This document shows, piece after piece, positions 56,918-64,000 of a DNA stretch of 64,000 bases. This DNA comes from the human T2T-CHM13v2.0 reference genome, Homo sapiens. The DNA lies in assembly GCF_009914755.1 (NCBI RefSeq), contig NC_060931.1; one strand, given 5' to 3'. The notes beneath the pieces were generated by a model that did no database searches, was not told the DNA's origin, and saw only the letters and a program-made list of their open reading frames with translations. Numbering within the stretch: the first letter of the stretch is position 1; every line of letters begins with the position of its first letter. The position numbers were made by a program, and so were the translations under genes.

Positions 56918-57739
56918 TGGGAGGTGTCTTTAATCTGCCAGTCTCTGCTTTTCTGAGTGGTAGACCAAACATCTGGGATATTGTCAACAGTCCAAGATAT
57001 AGTAAAAATGTGACAAAGCTCATAAAGTGGAGTTTTGGTTACTGCTACCTTGAGTTATGCCCATCGAGCTGAGTAAGTAAGCAGCAGCAGTATAGGAAAC
57101 ATCATGAAGTTTCAGCTTAGCCAGAGTATCAGGGAAGCAGGTCCAGGCATTTAGGGAAAGTCTATAAACTGAGGGACCAATTGAGTTAGCAGCTTTACCT
57201 TGAGTGGTGTGGTTAGGGTGAATGTCTCCCCCAGAGGGGTAGCTGCCACTTGTTCATATAAAATTGAGATGCCACTAGGTCTAGGCTAGCTGGCTCTTGA
57301 ATGTACCATTTCCATTTGACTACAGAAGCCTATCAAGGCCCTTCCTAGCTTAATAGTCATCATGTCCAAGTTGACCCTACCCTCAAATGGGAATGTCAGG
57401 ACTGAGGGTCACAAGAGTCCTCCATATGTCAAGTGTTAGGAGAGCATAGTAGCAGATTAGCTGTCTTTTTTTTTTTTTTAAGTGGGTGTACAGTGGCTGT
57501 ATCAGGCAGGTGGCACTATTTTACTGGAAATGGTCTTTCTGAGTACTCTGGCAGGCATCAGAGTTTCTAGTTGAAGCTGTGGTTTTCCTTTCTCCTCTTT
57601 AGATTCTGTGTTTGTTGTTGTTGTTGTTGTTGTTGGACAACCTGGGAGAAGTTAGGGAGGTGGAGTGGGGGACAAAGGGGTGAAATTACACATCTCTTTA
57701 TCGCCTGTCTTCATATGGCCATTGCTGAATAGGAGAATT

Positions 57740-58660
57740 TCTTCTGACATTTAAGGGACACTTTTTTAAGAGCAGGAGTGAAAGTTTATTAAAAAGCTCT
57801 CTAGCAGAAATGAAGTAAAGTACACTTGGAAGAGGGACAAGTGGGTGACTTGAGAGATCAAGTGTGCAGCTCAACCTTTTGACTTGAGCCTTTATATGTT
57901 GACATACTTCCAGGGTCTTGTGTTACTTCTCCCCGATTCTTCCCTTGGGGTGGGCTGTCTGCCTGCGCATGCTTGAGTCCACTCGACCAATTTCGGAGAT
58001 CTTATAGGGAAGTTGCGGATCACCAGTTTCAGGTGTTTTCTATATATTAGGAGACTGCCTTTCCCTGGCGCTGGCTGTGACCAATTATTTTAGAGAGATG
58101 GTTAACAACCACCTGACCATCACTTGATGGTCACCTGACATTCCTGATATGTGTCTGTCAGGTTGGGCAGGAGCCTCTCTTTCCCTGCTCATGACTGACT
58201 GACCTGTTGTAACATTTTCCCCCTCAAGAGTCCAAGACCCAGATTCTTTGGGGAAATGGATAAAGGTCAGTCTTCCATAACTGTTTCCTGCTGACAAAGG
58301 GGCAGTGGTGATGGTTCTGTGGGTCTTGGCCTCTTGCTAGCTGTCACAGCAGGAGGGTGGCTTTGTGGATTGGTGAAAGTGGTATCCAGCCAGGTCCAAG
58401 AGAGACAGGGGCAGGGTTTTGCCAATGCCAAATATACTTCAGCAGTAGAAGCCACAAGATTACATTATTAAATTGTCCCAAGAGTCCCCCAGTGCAAACC
58501 CCAGCTGAACGCCATTTAGTTATATTCTGGTGCGTTTTCCTTCTGCAGGAACTCAAACCAAGGTTTCTTATGTGTGCTTGAGTTGGGGGCCAGAGTGACA
58601 ACTGGTAGAAAACTATGTTATTCCCCAGCTAGGAGAACAGAGGGGAGGGGTACATGATAG
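57740..58660 (-). mobile_element. MER50-type (ERV1) partial LTR (~57740-58215) plus adjacent internal fragment
   Basis: Reverse strand TGTTACAACAGGTCAGTCAGTCATGAGCAGGG...GGAATGTCAGGTGACCATC...CTCTCTAAAATAATTGGTC; polypurine tract GAGGGGGAAAA just upstream. Confidence 0.8.
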
Positions 58661-60560
58661 TAGGGAGTCAAGTTTACAGGGACAGTAGGAGCAGTGGGAA
58701 GGAAACTGAATTGTAGCCTTTTCTTAAAAAAAATTCTTTATTACTCTACATTTCACTTTTAATTGTTAACCTTTTGCAATGGACTTGGTGCTTTAGTTCT
58801 GGGACCCCTTTCTCTCTTGTATACCTCCTGGGCCCTGGAACCTCTTTTGTTTTTGCCCCTCTACATGCTGCTGTATTTCACATCATAGTTCTTAGTGCCT
58901 CCTGACACTTGTGCACCCAGTGTCTTATTCTCCTTACCAGCCAAGCTGGGTGGGGCAGGAGGAGGTTGCAGCAGAAGCCAGATACGTGAACTTGGCCCAG
59001 TCTTTATTATTATTATTTGCATTTACTCTCTTTTGAGTGGCCACCTGCTGGGCACTCAACCAAATGAACTTTTATGTATTCAGTTCACCCAAATCTCCAT
59101 ATTGAATAGGGAGGTCCTGATTGCCAACATTATTTATTTTGGATTTGGGGATTCCATGATTCAGTAGCCATAGTCACATTGCCTTTTGCCTATGGTTGCT
59201 GGACTTGCTGTCCTATTCTCAAGAAAACAACATATTCTTTTTGCTTTTAGAAGAGTGAGGAGAAATCAGGATATCATTTGGGCAGCTTGTTTTATTTCTG
59301 CCTCTCTCTGTTTAGCCTCTAAACATTATCTTAACTCCCATTCATTAGTCCTTATTCACCCCTCATCTAATACATAGGTGAGAACATTCACTTATGGAAC
59401 CCTGAGAGCCATTTCTTCAAACCTGACCCAGAGAACCCTTTTCCTTCCTGTTCCAGCAAACCGTGTCTCTGTTAACATCTTATCCTTTCTCAAACCTGTT
59501 GGGTTTAGGGTATGAGTTTACCTAATAGTCTAGCAATTAGTCTATTATTATTTCATGGATACTGGCAGGACACATGAGATGTCAGGGTCAGAGTCAAATA
59601 ACTGAATTACAGCACAGCAGGCAGCATAAGCAACAGAATTTTTGTGTTGGTTCCCCTTGCCTCAAGTCTTACAGCAATGTCTACAGCCCAGATGGATGCT
59701 GTGTATGCAGTGGAGCTGCAGTGAGTCTGGGAAATCCACCACTTTGTAGCAAGCAGTAAGCTAGCCTGCTCTTTGTCTTGGCGGGAAACATTACCTAATT
59801 CCTCAAAGTTGCACACTGTAAACACAACCCTGATAAATGGCCTGGGGCAAGAGCAATCAAGGGCTTCTTGGCACACCTAGCAGAATGTGGAGAAACTTGA
59901 GAGACCCATGGAGAACCCATCAAAAGGTCTTTATAGAGTTGCACTTCCTGCCTCTGCATCTTGTCTCTCAGAGTATTTTATAACCTACCATTTTTGTGAA
60001 GAGGGGGAGATACAGTGACTGAACATCTTCATGGTGCAATCACATAGAGTCCAGAAATTCTCTGAAAATAAGGAAAGTTTCTAGACTCACTACATGCATC
60101 ATTCAGGGAAATAAAAATATGGGGTTACATTCTGTGTCTGAAAGTTTCCAAGCTAAAAGACACCACTATGAACATAAGTTTATAGAATAACATAGCTTTG
60201 GCTCTTCTGTGATGAATTATTTGGCTCAGTGGTAACAATTTACACATGACTTTTAGGACATTAATCTAAAAGATACTTCCACTGATTATTTGGAACATCT
60301 TTCTGGAGAAGACAGTCTCTAAAATGGAGAATTTTTGGTAAAGATGCCACAGAATATAATCTTACATTTCCATTTTACTAAATTGTTAATCTATTAAAGG
60401 TAAAACAAAAATATTGTCATTATTTGAAATTGTATAATTTTGTATAATGTTAAAAATAACTACAAGAAAGGATATATAATTCTAACACATATCACCTGTA
60501 CGTATTATGTTTAGGATAATTATAATCCAACATTTTATCTTGAGTCTAGTTGTAACTGAT

Positions 60561-60840
60561 CAATATTTTTTCAAACTGAAAGTCTGGCTCCATTAGTGGT
60601 TTATACATTAATTTAGTGGATTGCAACCAGCATATTTAAAAATGTAATGTAATAGAATAAATAGAACAGAACAGAAAGCAGAACCAAAAAGAATAGAAAA
60701 GAACAGAATAAAATGGAAAATACATGCTATTATGGATTAATATCCTGTGAAACTTTTATGTACGTGTGTTTGAGTTCTCAGTGCTAATTACATTTTTTTC
60801 TTGCTATGGAATATGGTCACGGTAGTTTGAAAGATTATCA
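60561..60840. mobile_element. hAT-Charlie-type MITE with (AGAAT)-like internal repeat
   Basis: tttttcaaactg...cattagtgg...aatttagtggattgcaaccagca...agtttgaaaga. Confidence 0.6.
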
Positions 60841-62293
60841 TAAGTAATGAAACAGCATTATATTTTATATAATATGATAATTTATATTATTTTATTGTTA
60901 TGTTTTATATATAATATATATAATATATGAAACTGTTTCCTTTCTGTTGACAGATATAACTGTAAAAAGCTGTGTTTGGTAAAATTTCTGGTCATTTTGC
61001 TCTGCCCCAGCTGTCTTTTGCTTAGTAAGCTGTCATAGATGCACCCTTGCTCTTTGCTTCCTTCAGACAGCATGGGTAGTGTATGGATCATAGACCTACA
61101 GTGCTCTGAATCACCTGAACAATCTCCACTGAGCAATTTTCACATAGTTCAATTGGATGAAAAAGCCTATGATATTGTATTAATATGAAGATATAGTCTT
61201 ATATGAAATAACTGTGACCTTTTGACTAAAGGAAAGTTTGAGGCTGAGAAAGTTTAAGGCTATCTTGTTCATCTTTGTGTTCCTAGTACCTAACCTCAGG
61301 TTGGTATGTAGTAGGTACCTAATAAGCACTTGCTGAATTAATGAGTAAACATGTGACCACATTATAAATTTGGAAAGAAGCTATATTGGCAATTGATAAG
61401 GTATGTCTCTCAAATCAGGAGAATGATTTTCTTTGTAATGTGTTGTCTGCCTTATTATCAACAGCTGTGTGTTTTGTGAGGCATGGTCTCCATATTCCAC
61501 TAAAACTATTAATAAAATGGATAAAGTAATGCTGCTTTTTGTGTCCTGTGTGCAATGATTATATAGATGGCTATTTAACATTTCTCATGCATTGCTGTTT
61601 ACTTCTGAAAGAAAAAAAAGTGGTTCTAAAACGATAAGCACCACCTTTAAGCATTCTAACATTTGCCACAAAAATCTGGTAGTATTTTTGTCAGCCAGGT
61701 GCATATACTTTGCCTCTGTAACACTAAACAATGTCAATCCAGGTTCCATCACTGTCTTTGTGTTGGCTTTTTCCCAAACTCTGTGAGGGTTAATTGTTTA
61801 CATTTCCTCTCTGGGAATTTTATAGGAAGTTTCCTGGGAATTTAATAGGCAATGGAAGGAAACTAATGTTCATTAAACAAGAAAATGATTTAGGCATTGT
61901 ATTAGGCACATTTTCTCATTTATCTATTATTCACAAGTACCCATATTATAGAAGAGGAGTCTGAGGAGCATAAAGTTTAAATACTGCCAAAGCCCATACA
62001 GGTAGTAAGTGGTTCAGTTAATATTTAAATTTAGACTTATCAGGCTCCTCGGTTTCTATTCCAGTAGACCTCTGTTATTCAATCATTTCTAATTGATAAA
62101 ACCATGTTATGAATGTAAATGTTGACCATACTGTTGCATGAAGTATTATATTTTGGGCTAGATAGAGTGTTCTAGTCACCCATACTAGCTATTAAGTTTT
62201 TTTAGTTTTATTTTCTGTCCCTTGTATTATAAAAAAGAAAATCACTATACATGCACACACACACACACACACACACACAAACAAACATAAATA

Positions 62294-62915
62294 CAGTAAA
62301 TTCTTGTTACTTGCCGTAATTATGTTCTGTGAAGTCACCACAAACACTGAGTTAGTGAACACTGAACCATTGCTCCTCAGAGGAATACAGGGAGGGCTAG
62401 GTTCCTGTAAGACCCTGGTCAGAACATTTCCATCAGTTGATCAATATATAACCTTGTGTTACGTGTATTTCTGTTTTAAAAACACTGTATTTAGTATATA
62501 TTGTTGCCTCACTATAGCCAATGTCACTATAGCTCATGCCTGAGAAAAGCTTATTTAACTAACATACATATTTTCCCCATAGGGCATATCACAACCTTTT
62601 TACACTTAGGAACACTAGTCAACACTTCAGTACTACTTTTGGGACCTATTTTAAACAGTGAAATCACCAACAAAAAGCACAGATACAGCACTAAATAGAC
62701 TGTGAAAAAGACATTTGTTTACAGTAAGAACTGGAACAGGAAGGGACAGTGTCACCTTGTCTAACTTCAGCTGGGTGTGTGCATGTCAGGCAACTCAAAT
62801 TTTTTGCTGGGTACATGTCTGTGAATGGCCACAAAAGTGCTGTATTGCTTTTTCAATCACAAACACATAGGTGAATTCACAAATATGGAATCAGCAAGAA
62901 AACAGGGATCAACTG
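62294..62915 (-). mobile_element. MER82-type Tigger (TcMar) element
   Basis: TA|CAGTAAATTCTTGTTA...GAATCAGCAAGAAAACAGGGATCAACTG; imperfect TIRs. Confidence 0.8.
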
Positions 62916-62992
62916 TGCATACATGTATAATTATCGAAAATGTTTTATCAAAATATACATTACTCTAATTCTCCAACATAATGTTCTCGACC

Positions 62993-63450
62993 AGTTCATT
63001 CATTCAGCATATATACTGAGCATATACAGTGTGAAAGGCACTGTTGTCAGCACTACAGATTTAGTCATCAACAAAACAGGTATAGTCCCTACTTTCATTG
63101 ATGATACAGTATATTTTTGTAAAAGTGAATAATATGCTAAGTGATGATATGCACCATAAAGAAAAAGCAAGAGAAAAATACAGACTGACATTGATGGAAC
63201 TTTTTTACATAAAGTGGGTGAGGAAGACCTAACTCGTATGGTGGCTTTATAGTAGGGACCTGAAGGAGACAAAGGAGTGAGCCCTGTAGATATGAGAGAA
63301 GAGCATTCCCAAGAGAGGAAACTGCAAATGCAAAAGCCTAGGAGAGTTTCATGTTTAAAGCGTTGCTCAGAGAGGGCTAGGATTTTAGGAGATGAGGTCA
63401 GAAAGTTAGAAAGTATTATAGAGTCTTTAGGACATAAGCCCATGATACCC
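62993..63450 (-). mobile_element. L2 3' region
   Basis: ttcattcattcagcatatatactgagc...gggacctgaagga...agagcattccca...caaatgcaaaagccctag. Confidence 0.8.
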
Positions 63451-64000
63451 AAAATCTCTTTTATAAAAAACTTTCTAATTTTTTTTTTAAATTCTTTCTC
63501 CTCTAAAGACATGAATTGCCTTGTGAATGATATAAACACGATTTTGTTATTAACAAGTGATTGAGGTACTTAATCCCTACTTCAGGGCAACTTCTGGGTC
63601 CATACAAAAACTTACCCAGAATCACCTGCTCCAGTTTAAGTTTCAATATTAGGACAAGGACTTGCAGTGTCTGCTGAAACTTTGGTTTAACTTTTCCTGG
63701 GGAAGTGAAAGTAGGATTTTCAGCTATTTGTTTCTGATTACTTCTAAATAAAATTTTAGTTGTTTTGTTACTCCCTCCACCCATGTCCCCTGGTCCTCCA
63801 TCTTTCCCAGGAATTCTGGGTACCTAGTGAGATTTCTGTGATTTTCCCAATTCTTGCAGTTGTCCCAATGTATCACCTGTTGAGAGACAGTCACTGGAGC
63901 TATAACACACCTTATCTTGGTATAACAGTGGATATGTTTGAATATAAGCAATAGATCGAAACCAATAACTTAGAGATGCTTTATTTTGATGAGTGGATTT

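Larger units (their letters stand above)
53103..59925 (-). mobile_element. Decayed two-LTR ERVL-class provirus (LTR41/LTR52-like LTRs at ~53103-53541 and ~59497-59925)
   Basis: Homologous LTRs (aattacagcacagca, agcctgctctttgtc, aaacacaaccct, catggagaa). Minus-strand gag LWLLNHGIPKSKI (~59130-59175), pol VVKWKWYIQE (~57295-57325), RNase H-like FPD and WA*L motifs (~57045-57150), integrase HHHTSHG..CQTYSTC and WQIDYIGLL..TAVETF. Confidence 0.8.

Noticed and set aside
63000-63539. 179-aa minus-strand ORF
   Set aside because: Mostly overlaps a decayed L2; no domain signature; consistent with chance

Overview
AT-rich, repeat-dense primate (most likely human) genomic DNA. It most likely lies inside the intron(s) of a large + strand gene or lncRNA that I cannot name from sequence alone. 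No intact protein-coding gene is evident, and nearly all ORF-track entries are Alu, L1 or LTR artefacts. Main contents: (1) the 5' part of a hominoid-era L1PA (minus, 1-2805) nested in an older twin-primed, 5'-inverted L1; (2) a two-LTR MSTA-type MaLR provirus (11498-13570); (3) an ancient ~6.8 kb L1MC-type element with a ~620 bp pure-AT tract (16950-23737); (4) a full-length RPL36 processed pseudogene with TSDs (44010-44417, minus); (5) a decayed two-LTR ERVL-class provirus with recognisable gag, RNase H and integrase motifs and four nested insertions (~53100-59925); (6) about 15 Alus plus MIR/L2 fragments, hAT/Tigger DNA transposons and tandem repeats. A few strong + strand splice signals occur; the best is a small exon ending at 34964. 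I did not find a convincing new biological system. The most testable ideas are L1 antisense-promoter/ORF0 chimeric splicing into cryptic exons, a candidate regulated exon at 34.9 kb, and an Alu-L1 composite insertion. Subfamily names come from recalled consensus sequences and need RepeatMasker/Dfam confirmation.
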